Shown piece by piece: positions 9,071 through 17,783 of a stretch of DNA of 64,000 nucleotides. The DNA comes from an uncultured Clostridia bacterium (lineage in GTDB: Bacteria; Bacillota; Clostridia; Christensenellales; CAMQZB01), in the NCBI GenBank assembly GCA_964541255.1, contig CAZIPL010000004.1, positions 424 through 64,423 on the forward strand. Direction: 5' to 3'. The notes below the pieces were generated by a model. That model saw nothing but the letters and a program-made list of their open reading frames with translations. It was not told the origin of the DNA and searched no databases. The position numbers were made by a program, and so were the translations under genes. The stretch's first letter is position 1; each line of letters begins with the position of its first letter.

Positions 9071-9874
9071 ATGGACTGTATATATTACTCAAAAGAAGAG
9101 ATGCTTGAAAATGCGAGAATGCCTATCGTCGTTCTCGAAGACGAAAAAGCCGTTTTTCAAAAATGTGCGGAGGATATGTTTTCGTGCATTGACGAAAACA
9201 ACAAAAAGGGAGAAATCTCCGTTATCGTCGTTCCGATAGGACCTATCGGGCAGTACGAGATATTTGCCGATATGGTGAATAAAACGGGGTTAGACTTGAC
9301 TAATACCTATTTCTTGCTTATGGACGCATATATCTTGGACGGCAAGGACTTGCCATATGAGCATAGGTTGAGTTTGAGAAGAAAAATCGACGTGCTTCTT
9401 TTCGATAAGCTTGATACGCCGTTTGAAAAATCTCATATAATTGCTATGAAAGCTGACGACGTAGGGTATCTTAATACAAGAATAGAAAGACTCGGGAAAA
9501 TCGATCTTTGCGTTGCGGGAATAGGAATCGACGGACATATCGGAATGAACGAGCCGTTGGAGCTTTCTGCGGAGGAATACTTAGAAAAAGCCGTTTCGCG
9601 TATTTTGCCTTTGACTATTCAAACAAGATTAATTAGCGCGATAGGTAACTTCAAGGGCGCATTGTCCGAAATGCCCGAGTACGGAATTACTATCGGCTTA
9701 AAAGAAATGATGACGGCGAGGAAGATGAGGATATATTGCTTCAGAGATTGGCACAACTCTTGCATAAAACGCACCGTTTGCGCAAAGCCCGACGGAACGT
9801 TCCCTTCAACGATTTTGCAGCTTCACGACGACGTAATCTTATATGCCCACGAAAACATCGTCGGAAAAATATAA
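9071..9874 (+). CDS. NagB/6-phosphogluconolactonase-superfamily protein (divergent glucosamine-6-P deaminase-like), paralog 1
   Basis: AGIGIDGHIGMNEP matches the GxGxDGHxAFNEP superfamily motif. RBS GGAGGG is present. It is a clear paralog of 53722..54534 (PIGPIGQY/PLGPVGQY; ITIGLKEMMTARKMRIYCF/VTIGMKEILAAKKIRLYCF). Confidence 0.7.
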   Translation: MDCIYYSKEEMLENARMPIVVLEDEKAVFQKCAEDMFSCIDENNKKGEISVIVVPIGPIGQYEIFADMVNKTGLDLTNTYFLLMDAYILDGKDLPYEHRLSLRRKIDVLLFDKLDTPFEKSHIIAMKADDVGYLNTRIERLGKIDLCVAGIGIDGHIGMNEPLELSAEEYLEKAVSRILPLTIQTRLISAIGNFKGALSEMPEYGITIGLKEMMTARKMRIYCFRDWHNSCIKRTVCAKPDGTFPSTILQLHDDVILYAHENIVGKI

Positions 9875-10018
9875 TCTATAAGAAGTAATCTTTTATCTTG
9901 CGATAAAATCTTTGCAAAGCAAGAATGCTTTGCCACAAAACTGTCGTTTTGTGCTTCTTAGCTTGAAAAACTTCGAGTCGTAAATCCTTGCAAGCAAGTT
10001 TACGACTTCTTGTATTAT
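9871..10018. repeat. MITE-like intergenic repeat, copy A (148 bp)
   Basis: It shares a left arm of about 45 nt (ATAAyCTATAAGAAGTAAnCTTTTnTCTTGCGATAAAAyCTTTGCAAA) and a right arm of about 35 nt (CCTTGCAAGCAA...ACTTCTTGTATTAT) with 44556..44740. The ends form imperfect inverted repeats (TATAA..AAGAAGT / ACTTCTT..TTATA). Confidence 0.6.
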
Positions 10019-10033
10019 AATTTAGTTTCATGT

Positions 10034-10069
10034 AAAGCGGTTTCTTTTTGAAAAGAATCCGCTTTTTTG
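10034..10069 (+). terminator. Intrinsic terminator (downstream of the MITE-like repeat)
   Basis: GCGGTTTCTTTT / AAAAGAATCCGC stem (11 of 12 pairs) followed by T6. Confidence 0.75.
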
Positions 10070-10183
10070 TCGCTATAAAACGATTTTCTTCAATTAGGTG
10101 CAAAAAAGCAAAATGTGTGATACAATATAATGTACGGTTTTGTCGTGAGTTTTATCGTAAAGAAATTCGGACGGAGTTAATAA

Positions 10184-11704
10184 ATGCTTCTTGTAGCAAT
10201 ATTGTTATTCTTAATATCCGGTGCGTCCGTCATCATCTTCAAGGTTTGGAAAAGATCCAAGTTTTTGATGATCGCCGAAATGGGCATGGTAGTGACGCTT
10301 TCGGTCATATATATCAACGGCGCGAAGAACGGCGGATTTTTGCCTGCACAGTTCGGGCTTATTTTCGGAGTTTCTTCTATTGCCGACTTTGCGAAAAACT
10401 TGGTTGTCAGATCAGACGAGCTTGCGATAGCTTTTATCGTGGCAAGGCTTTCCGTTTGCCTTGCGGTTCTATTTGACGCCGTAATAAACTCCGTCGAGCT
10501 AAGACGCTTCTTCACTAAGTATAAAATATTGTATCTTGTGGTCGCGCTTCCTGTTATCGCGGCGGGATTTATATCGGGACCGACGTTGTTTTTCAAGCTT
10601 TTCTCGAATAAGTTCGAGATTCAAAACATAGTCGTCGCTTCGATAGACGGTTTGATTATTCTATATTGCTTTGCGGCGGTCGTCATTAACCTTTTCGAGC
10701 ATTTCAGAATAATGCTGTCGTGGTTTAGAAAGAGAGATATATATAGGCTTTTATGCGTAGGCGTTTTGCTTTTGCAATATTTGTTCCTTTGTACGTTCAA
10801 TCCCGTTACGATATTCCAAGACTATCGTCGCGTTTTCATAAGCCTTTCGTATATCAAATACCTCAACGTATATTCGATTATGAGCCTTGTTCCGATTTTG
10901 TCTCTCGGAATACTTTTGATGATAGTGTCGATAATAAGCTTCTACTTCTATGCAAGATACGATTATGACAGAGAGAACAGAGAAATAAGGATAAAGAAAG
11001 AATTGGACGCCGCAAGCCTTGCGACTTCGGGAATGGTTCACGGATTGAAGAATCAATTGATTGCGGCAAAAATGCTCGGGAGCGACATCAAAGAAAGCGT
11101 GGAAGCGCAAAACGGCGAGAAGACCAAAGAGCTCGTCGACGAGTTCACGGAGCTTAACGCGCATATGCTCGAAAGGATAAACACACTTTATAAGTCGTTC
11201 AAGAGCATAAACACCGTTCTTGTCGCGACGGAGGTGTCGGAGGTCTTGGAACTTGTCTCCAAAAAAGTAAAAAACACGATTCCCGACGGCGTACTATATA
11301 TCGAACAAAACGCTTTTTATGCAATGGCGGACGCGGAGTTTCTTTCCGAAGCGATAGCGAACCTTGTGATAAACGGTTATGAGTCTGTCCCGAAAGACAG
11401 ACAGCCGATAATCAGACTTAATGCATATATGACGAGAAATCACCTCGTTTTCTCGGTGCAAGACAACGGCAAGGGCATACCGAAAGAGTTGAGAAAAAAC
11501 ATTTTTTCGCCGTTCATAACGACGAAAAACACGGCGAACAACTGGGGCTTGGGGCTTTGCTATGCAAGGCAGATAGTGAAAAACCACCTCGGCGACATCA
11601 ACTTCGAAACGAAAAACGGCGAGGGAACGACGTTCTTTGTCGTTCTTCCGAAATACGATCTTAAGGAGAGTAGAAATGATAAGGGTCATCTTAGCAGAAG
11701 ATAA
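10184..11704 (+). CDS. Sensor histidine kinase with polytopic membrane N-terminus
   Basis: About 7-8 hydrophobic segments in the first 270 aa or so. H-box MVHGLKNQLIAA, N-box LVINGYES, G1 DNGKGIP and G2 GLGLCYARQIV are present. Confidence 0.85.
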   Translation: MLLVAILLFLISGASVIIFKVWKRSKFLMIAEMGMVVTLSVIYINGAKNGGFLPAQFGLIFGVSSIADFAKNLVVRSDELAIAFIVARLSVCLAVLFDAVINSVELRRFFTKYKILYLVVALPVIAAGFISGPTLFFKLFSNKFEIQNIVVASIDGLIILYCFAAVVINLFEHFRIMLSWFRKRDIYRLLCVGVLLLQYLFLCTFNPVTIFQDYRRVFISLSYIKYLNVYSIMSLVPILSLGILLMIVSIISFYFYARYDYDRENREIRIKKELDAASLATSGMVHGLKNQLIAAKMLGSDIKESVEAQNGEKTKELVDEFTELNAHMLERINTLYKSFKSINTVLVATEVSEVLELVSKKVKNTIPDGVLYIEQNAFYAMADAEFLSEAIANLVINGYESVPKDRQPIIRLNAYMTRNHLVFSVQDNGKGIPKELRKNIFSPFITTKNTANNWGLGLCYARQIVKNHLGDINFETKNGEGTTFFVVLPKYDLKESRNDKGHLSRR

Positions 11705-12350
11705 TGAGATATTAAGGCGCCACATCATCGATAGCCTTGCAAAAGAGGAGGACATCGAGGTCGTCGGCGAGGCTTCGACGGGCGGCGCGATATTCGAGAT
11801 CGCAAAAACAACGGAGTTTGATATTGCCGTGCTTGACATCGATATGGAAAGCTCTACCGCGGGGATAATCGCCGCGGGTGAAATGCTGTCCGTCAAGCCC
11901 GAAGCGAAAATTATTTTCCTCTCCGTGCACGAAGACGACGAAACCGTTTTGGGCGCGCTTTCTTCGGGTAACGTCGATTACGTCGTCAAGTCCGACGATA
12001 TGAACGTCTTAGTCAAGCATATAAGAAGCTTTGCGGGAGGCAAGCCTATGGCACTCGAGGGGAAAGTGGGCGATACCGTGAAGAGGGAATTTATCAGACT
12101 CAAAAAGACGGAGAAAAACCTCTTATATTTCATAAAGAATTTGTCGGGACTTACTTCTACCGAAAAAGAGCTTGTAAGGCTTTTGCTCCAGAACAAAACC
12201 GCAAGGCAAATAGCCGACGAACGCACGGTGGAGCTTACGACGGTCAAAACGCAGATTTCGCATATTCTCAAAAAGTGCCACGCAAAGCGTACGAAAGAGC
12301 TTGTTATGGAAATAAGAGAAAAGCAGCTCGAGGATTTGCTTTTCGATTAA
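11676..12350 (+). CDS. Response regulator, NarL/LuxR-type HTH output
   Basis: ATG at 11676 follows AAGGAG and overlaps the kinase 3' end by 29 nt. Receiver domain (IRVILAEDNE...DIAVLDIDM) plus LuxR HTH (LTSTEKELVRLLLQNKTARQIADERTVELTTVKTQISHILKK). Confidence 0.85.
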   Translation: MIRVILAEDNEILRRHIIDSLAKEEDIEVVGEASTGGAIFEIAKTTEFDIAVLDIDMESSTAGIIAAGEMLSVKPEAKIIFLSVHEDDETVLGALSSGNVDYVVKSDDMNVLVKHIRSFAGGKPMALEGKVGDTVKREFIRLKKTEKNLLYFIKNLSGLTSTEKELVRLLLQNKTARQIADERTVELTTVKTQISHILKKCHAKRTKELVMEIREKQLEDLLFD

Positions 12351-12508
12351 AAAGTGTGCTTTTATTATTTGGTTCAATAGTTTTGATATGAAACCAAAAA
12401 ACAGACGCGAAATTGAAAAACTTTAGGTGTGCATTTCGTTTCGCTAAAAGCCACATAGTATTGGCTTTTTTGAGTGGTTTTGATGTCTTTTAAATTAAAC
12501 GCTTTTTC

Positions 12509-12535
12509 AAAGAACGCTTTCGGGCGTTCTTTTTA
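12509..12535 (+). terminator. Intrinsic terminator
   Basis: AGAACGC-TTTCGG-GCGTTCT followed by TTTT. Confidence 0.7.
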
Positions 12536-12599
12536 TATGCAATTTTGCAAATCGTTTTGGGCTGTATTTTATGACAGCCACGCGATTAAATAAGCACAC

Positions 12600-12612
12600 T
12601 GCAATCGTTTGC
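12600..12612. promoter_or_regulatory. Candidate LacI-type operator TGCAATCGTTTGC (site 1)
   Basis: Exact 12-mer GCAATCGTTTGC at 12601-12612, 65 nt upstream of the sulfatase ATG. The core is 10/12 self-complementary with a central CG, like LacI-family operators. Confidence 0.55.
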
Positions 12613-12676
12613 CTAAAAGAAACACGGGGAGACTAAAATAAATGATAAAATATAATCAAAAAATCGGGGGATAAAT

Positions 12677-14170
12677 ATGAAAGCCATTACGTTGATGTAT
12701 GACAGCTTAAACAAGAAATACCTTTCGCCATACGGCGGAGAAGTGCCTACGCCGAACTTTGAAAGATTGTCGAAGAAGTGCGTTACTTTCGACAATTTCT
12801 ATTGCGGAAGTATGCCTTGTATGCCTGCAAGGCGAGAGCTTCATACGGGTAGATATAACTTTTTGATACGCGCTTGGGGACCTGTCGAACCGTTTGACGA
12901 TTCTTGCCCCGAGATACTTTCGCAAAACGGAATTTGCACGCACTTTGTTTCCGACCATTGCCATTATTGGCAGGACGGAGGACTTACCTATCACCAAAGG
13001 TTTGCGACGTTCGAGTTTATTCGTGGTCAAGAGGGGGACGAGTGGAAAGGAAGAGCGGGTAAGTACGGCGAGTTTAGCGGAAAGCGACTTGCCCGTCATC
13101 AAGATCCGATAAACAGAGAGTATACGCGAGAGGAAAACTGCTGCCACGCAAGGACGTTCGCCGCGGGAATGGAGTTTTTGGAGAAGAATTATTCCGACGA
13201 TAATTGGTATCTTCACATGGAATATTTCGATCCGCACGAGCCTTTCGATTGCCCCGAAAAATATAGAAAGATGTTCTCTGACGATGTAAATTTGAGCGAC
13301 TGGCCTTTCTATAAAACCGTTGACGGGATTGCGAACGAGAAAGAGATAAAAGAGCAGATTATTTGCTACAAAGCTTGCATTGCGATGTGCGACGATTATT
13401 TAGGCAAGCTTTTGGACTTTATGGATGAAAAAGAGCTTTGGAAGGACACGATGCTTATTGTCAACACCGACCACGGCTTTATGCTCGGCGAACACGGATA
13501 TATGGCGAAAAATTATATGCCGTGCTATAACGAGCTTACCAACATACCGTTCTTTATGTATGACCCGAGACATCCCGAAAGGGGCGGAGAGCGTGCGAGC
13601 GCATTGTCGCAGACGATAGATATTCCTGCAACGCTTCTTGATTATTTCGGCGTAGAAAAGCCAAGCTCCATGCAAGGCAAGAGCCTCGCGCCTGTTTATG
13701 AAAATGACGAAAAGATTCGCGACGCTGCGCTTTTCGGATATTTCGGCAAGCATATCAACGTCACGGACGGGAGATATGTTTATATGCGTGCGGCAAGAGA
13801 TAATTCGAAGCTTTTCGAATATACTTTGATGCCGTCAAGGCTTGCGTGGATGTTCGACAAAGAAGAGCTTAAAGACATTGATAAAGAGCTTTTTGACGGA
13901 TTTTCTTATTGCGGAAACATTCCCATGTTGAAAATTCCCGCAAACACCGAGTATGTTCCGAATATGTCGCACTTAATGTATGACGACCATATGAAATACG
14001 GCGACCTTTTGTTTGACTTAAGAAGCGATAAAGCGCAAAACGTCAATATTGTCGATAATAAAGATCTTGTCGAGCGTATGACGGAAAAAATGATAACCCT
14101 CATGCAAGAGTCCGAAGCTCCCGCAGAACAATATGAACGTATGGGCTTTGAAAATATTTCAAAACAGTAA
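12677..14170 (+). CDS. Cys-type sulfatase (alkaline-phosphatase superfamily), no signal peptide
   Basis: CMPARRELHTG fits the C-x-P-x-R-x4-TG formylglycine motif, with metal-ligand-like LMYDSL near the N-terminus. RBS GGGGGA. Terminator at 14248-14279. Confidence 0.9.
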   Translation: MKAITLMYDSLNKKYLSPYGGEVPTPNFERLSKKCVTFDNFYCGSMPCMPARRELHTGRYNFLIRAWGPVEPFDDSCPEILSQNGICTHFVSDHCHYWQDGGLTYHQRFATFEFIRGQEGDEWKGRAGKYGEFSGKRLARHQDPINREYTREENCCHARTFAAGMEFLEKNYSDDNWYLHMEYFDPHEPFDCPEKYRKMFSDDVNLSDWPFYKTVDGIANEKEIKEQIICYKACIAMCDDYLGKLLDFMDEKELWKDTMLIVNTDHGFMLGEHGYMAKNYMPCYNELTNIPFFMYDPRHPERGGERASALSQTIDIPATLLDYFGVEKPSSMQGKSLAPVYENDEKIRDAALFGYFGKHINVTDGRYVYMRAARDNSKLFEYTLMPSRLAWMFDKEELKDIDKELFDGFSYCGNIPMLKIPANTEYVPNMSHLMYDDHMKYGDLLFDLRSDKAQNVNIVDNKDLVERMTEKMITLMQESEAPAEQYERMGFENISKQ

Positions 14171-14247
14171 TAAACTCGGTTCGTCGAGGTTTATTCAAAA
14201 AATCAAGCGTATGAAAACTACGCAAAAAATATGTAACCAAAGCTTTT

Positions 14248-14279
14248 ATCCGACGTTTTTTTGACGTCGGATTTTTTTG
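14248..14279 (+). terminator. Intrinsic terminator
   Basis: ATCCGACGT-loop-ACGTCGGAT followed by T7. Confidence 0.85.
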
Positions 14280-14405
14280 TATTTGAGACGATATCGAAAG
14301 AATATGCTTCGTCTAACGCAAAGCTGTTTTTAGTGTTATTTTGCTTCGAAATTAAAGGCTTGTGTTACAGAACGACCAAACGGAATGACGAACCGCAGCA
14401 AAATA

Positions 14406-14457
14406 GGCTCCTTTTTGTTGGGGTCTGTCATTGCGTGTCGCAATGACTGAGGGATTG
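14406..14457 (+). repeat. Double-hairpin + TGAGGGATTG module (variant copy)
   Basis: GGCTCC...GGGGTC hairpin, then GTCATTGCG-TGT-CGCAATGAC (9-bp perfect stem), then TGAGGGATTG. Confidence 0.55.
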
Positions 14458-14467
14458 ACAAATCTAT

Positions 14468-14494
14468 GGCGGCAATGAGAAGCCACCGCCCTAT
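14468..14494 (+). repeat. GGCGG-N-CCGCCCTAT module
   Basis: GGCGGCAATGAGAAGCCACCGCCCTAT. A degenerate tandem relative, CCGTGACAGTGAGAAGCGACTTCCTACGG, lies at 14518-14546. Confidence 0.5.
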
Positions 14495-14682
14495 GAGAGG
14501 TAATGATTCCAAATCTTCCGTGACAGTGAGAAGCGACTTCCTACGGTAAAAGTATAAAATTTAAAAAGATTTAGTATTCCTTTTCTCATAGAATAGTATT
14601 ATATTGTCGTTTTGATTGCTTTTTACTCTGTGTTATGATAGAATAATTTTGTTGATAATAGTATTTTTAATGAGGTTTTGGT

Positions 14683-15867
14683 ATGCATAATTTGGAAATA
14701 ATGGCAGGCGTTGTGTCAAGAATGTACGGATTGGATATGTCTTTCGCCGATGACGAGAAAACTTTATCTTCGCTTTTGTGCGAGGTTTTCGAAAGATTCG
14801 ACGAAAGAACGGTTCAGTTTTGCGATAATTTGTCTAAAAAAATAGCAACGCTTGACGAAAGCTCCATATATGAATATAAAGGAAATATCGGGCTAACCAT
14901 TCTTATTCTCAAATGGTGCAAAAGGTATATGGTTGTGTCGCCGTTCATTTCGAAAGAATGCGATGAAGAGGATTTCGATAGGGCGTTCCCGAGCGATAAG
15001 GTTCCGGGTGATATAAGACAGCTATATAAAATGAAGTATTATGCATATCCGCGCCGCGACAAAGGCGACGTGATTAGCCTCATTAAGTCCATTATGGAAA
15101 CGCTCACGCCATTTCAAAAGATGCAAGAGTTTTTGTATAAAGGAGTGGAGAACGTCAAAAGCGTTGACGAGCTTGACGTAAACAATTTTGCGCCGATAGA
15201 TCATAGATATATCGCCGAGAGAAAATTCATAACCGCGATAGAAGCTGGCGATGTTCAAGGTGCGTTCAATGCGCTAAATATGATGGATGTGTCTTCGAAA
15301 ACTTTGAATGTACCGTTTATTCGAGAAAAATCTGTTGCCGTGGGGTTTGCAATTTTAAGAACGATATGCAAAATCGCTGCATATAACGTCGGCGTAGCGC
15401 CTGTTGTTATCGAAGAAATATCCGCAAAGCATAGCATGATTCAAGAGTCTCTTTCAAAGTACGAAAGCCATGCTTCGTTAACCGGTAAAGTGGGTGATAT
15501 GATTAACGATTATTGCGACGCTGTCAATAAGACCAAGAATCATAACTATTCGCCGATAATCAAATATGTCGTTTCGTACATAGAACTTAACTACGCAAAA
15601 TCCGTCACGTTAGAGGATATTTCGAAAAACTGCGGCATATCCAAAAACTATTTGCCCCACGCGTTCAAGAACGAAACGGGCAAAACAGTTATGGAATACC
15701 TTTCCGATTATAGGCTCGATAGGGCGGCGAATTTGTTGAAGCAAACGAGTATGCCGATACAAGACGTCGGAAACGAAACGGGCTATCCCGATAACAACTA
15801 TTTCACCAAGTCTTTCAAAAAACGTTTCGGTATGACGCCGTCTGCGTATAGAAAAAGCAACAAATAG
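14683..15867 (+). CDS. AraC-family transcriptional regulator
   Basis: C-terminal double HTH (ISKNYLPHAFKNETGKTVMEYLSDYRLDRAANLLKQTSMPIQDVGNETGYPDNNYFTKSFKKRFGMTPSAYRK). It sits upstream of a GPH transporter gene. Confidence 0.85.
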   Translation: MHNLEIMAGVVSRMYGLDMSFADDEKTLSSLLCEVFERFDERTVQFCDNLSKKIATLDESSIYEYKGNIGLTILILKWCKRYMVVSPFISKECDEEDFDRAFPSDKVPGDIRQLYKMKYYAYPRRDKGDVISLIKSIMETLTPFQKMQEFLYKGVENVKSVDELDVNNFAPIDHRYIAERKFITAIEAGDVQGAFNALNMMDVSSKTLNVPFIREKSVAVGFAILRTICKIAAYNVGVAPVVIEEISAKHSMIQESLSKYESHASLTGKVGDMINDYCDAVNKTKNHNYSPIIKYVVSYIELNYAKSVTLEDISKNCGISKNYLPHAFKNETGKTVMEYLSDYRLDRAANLLKQTSMPIQDVGNETGYPDNNYFTKSFKKRFGMTPSAYRKSNK

Positions 15868-15962
15868 CAACAATATATTTCTATTATAAACAATATTCTC
15901 CTATAATATATATTGAGTTAACTTTATAATATAAAAATAAATATATTATTAAGGAGAAAATT

Positions 15963-17441
15963 ATGAGCAAACAAAAAAGGCAATACCCTAATGACGTCAA
16001 GACTATTTTCGGTCTTGAGGGCATGCAGGTTGCCAACGTCATCGCATCGTCGTTCATGTCGTCATACTTTTTGGTATATTTGACCGACTATGCGGGACTC
16101 GGACTTTTGGGCGCGACAATCGCTCCGATAATTCTCACTATCGGAAGAATCGTCGATGCCGTAGACGACCCCATTCAGGGATTTATCATCGATACGGCAA
16201 AGCCTAAGAAAATGGGCAAATATAGATTCTTTTGCCTACTTAGCTTAATTTTGACCACACTTTCGATATGCTTCCTATATTCCATTCCGCAAGGCTTGGT
16301 AGGAAACGTCGTATTGCTTTTCATCTACGTTTTGGCGTTCTATCTTCTTTACGATATGGGCGCCGCTTTGTGGGCGCATAACGCACTCGTTCAGAAGATG
16401 AAGTTCACGGTGGGCGAGAGAGCAAAGGTTTCCATGATCGGAAGATTCCTCGCGATATTTATCGGCGCGGTTTTCTCGACGTTTATGATGATAGTCAACG
16501 CTATCAATAAATTCGTAAACAACTTCGGAAAGGCGTTCTCCATTGCAACGGTAATCTTAGGCGTTGTTTCTTTGGCAATTTCGTTAGTAACACTTCTTCT
16601 TGTCAAGGAGGAGGAAACGGAAGACGAAAAGAAATCCGAAAACGAAGAAGAAAAGACCTCTTTCAAGGACGTTATCAACATCTTCAAGGTCAATAAAGCG
16701 TTCAACGTCAACTTTTTCGGACAGCTTTTCCGTGGCTTTGTTTATGCGCTTTTAACATCGACTACGTCTTATTACATGAAGTATGCATATTGTATAGACG
16801 CAAACGGCGTGTTTGACGGAGACGCATACGGCGTATACAGCGTTTTGTTCATGACGGTAAGTATGGCTCCGATGCTTATTGCGGCGGCTGTCAGCCCTGC
16901 AATGATGAAGAAGTTCGACAGCTCCGTGAAGCTCATGAACTTTGCTAACATATTGACTCTTTGCGCAGGCGTTATCGCGTTTATTTTGCAGCTTGTCGGC
17001 GTATTGAATATGAGCTTCTATATCTTCGCCGCCGTAATGTTCGTTTTGTTCTTCGGAAACGGTCTTGCGTTTGTCCCTGGAACAACCCTTTGGATGGAGT
17101 GCATGGACTATAACACCTATAAGACGGGCAAGCCCATGGGCGGTTCGATAAGTGCGCTTTCCGCAATGCTCGGTAAGGCACAGTCTGCCGTTTCGACCCT
17201 TTTCATCGGAATTATCTTGGCGATAAGCAAATACGAAGTTGACTCTGTTACGGGTAACTACGTAGGCGATCTTGCAACGCTTCCGTCGGTTCTCAATTGG
17301 TTCGTCGCGTCTTGCACGATAATCCCCGGACTTGTTTCGTTGGTATCGGCGATAATTTATAAGTTCTATCCGATAACGCCCGAGGTTAAGCTCCAGATGC
17401 AGGAAGCTATCAACAAAAACAAAGAAACTCCCGAAGCATAA
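15963..17441 (+). CDS. Glycoside-pentoside-hexuronide (GPH):cation symporter family transporter
   Basis: About 12 TM segments. GRIVDAVDDPIQGFIIDTAKPKKMGKYR is the family-typical loop 2-3 motif. RBS AAGGAGAAAA. Terminator at 17489-17521. Confidence 0.85.
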   Translation: MSKQKRQYPNDVKTIFGLEGMQVANVIASSFMSSYFLVYLTDYAGLGLLGATIAPIILTIGRIVDAVDDPIQGFIIDTAKPKKMGKYRFFCLLSLILTTLSICFLYSIPQGLVGNVVLLFIYVLAFYLLYDMGAALWAHNALVQKMKFTVGERAKVSMIGRFLAIFIGAVFSTFMMIVNAINKFVNNFGKAFSIATVILGVVSLAISLVTLLLVKEEETEDEKKSENEEEKTSFKDVINIFKVNKAFNVNFFGQLFRGFVYALLTSTTSYYMKYAYCIDANGVFDGDAYGVYSVLFMTVSMAPMLIAAAVSPAMMKKFDSSVKLMNFANILTLCAGVIAFILQLVGVLNMSFYIFAAVMFVLFFGNGLAFVPGTTLWMECMDYNTYKTGKPMGGSISALSAMLGKAQSAVSTLFIGIILAISKYEVDSVTGNYVGDLATLPSVLNWFVASCTIIPGLVSLVSAIIYKFYPITPEVKLQMQEAINKNKETPEA

Positions 17442-17488
17442 TTATATAGGTAACGAGTATTTCTCATCGATTAATCTCATAACCGAGC

Positions 17489-17521
17489 AAAAAGGAACGT
17501 AAGCCCATTCGTTCCTTTTTG
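17489..17521 (+). terminator. Intrinsic terminator
   Basis: AAAGGAACG-loop-CGTTCCTTT followed by TT. Confidence 0.8.
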
Positions 17522-17708
17522 CGTATATCGAGTAGAAAACGCCGAGAGTAGTCATGATTTATTCTGTTGGGCTGCATAAGAAGCTCTAGAAATAAGTTTT
17601 TTGGCAAATTAAAAGCAACGAATTTGAATTGTTAATTTCTTTTGTTTTAAGACTTAATAAAGCTTAAAACGCATAGTAATATATCTTCGACAACTAAATG
17701 GCAAATAA

Positions 17709-17742
17709 TAAAGGGAAACTCTTCAATGAGTTTCCCTTTTCT
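17709..17742 (-). terminator. Probable terminator of the araC-yesL unit
   Basis: AAGGGAAACT / AGTTTCCCTT 10-bp stem 45 nt downstream of the yesL stop. The T-tract on the minus strand is weak. Confidence 0.55.
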
Positions 17743-17783
17743 ATTGATATTTTTAATGTCTCTAAGTAAGTATTCCCAAGAAT

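Noticed and set aside
9876-10103. 75-aa minus-strand ORF, plus the 14261..14446 and 25497..25724 plus-strand ORFs.
   Set aside because: The first lies inside the MITE-like repeat. The second spans a terminator and a hairpin repeat. The third lies in the proposed 5' leader of cargo A with a TTG start and no SD. None has recognisable protein features.
12546-12560. A fifth operator-like sequence, TTGCAAATCGTTTTG, upstream of the sulfatase.
   Set aside because: It contains an extra base relative to the 12-mer, which disrupts the half-site spacing, and it lies just downstream of the response-regulator terminator. I treat it as chance similarity unless binding data say otherwise.
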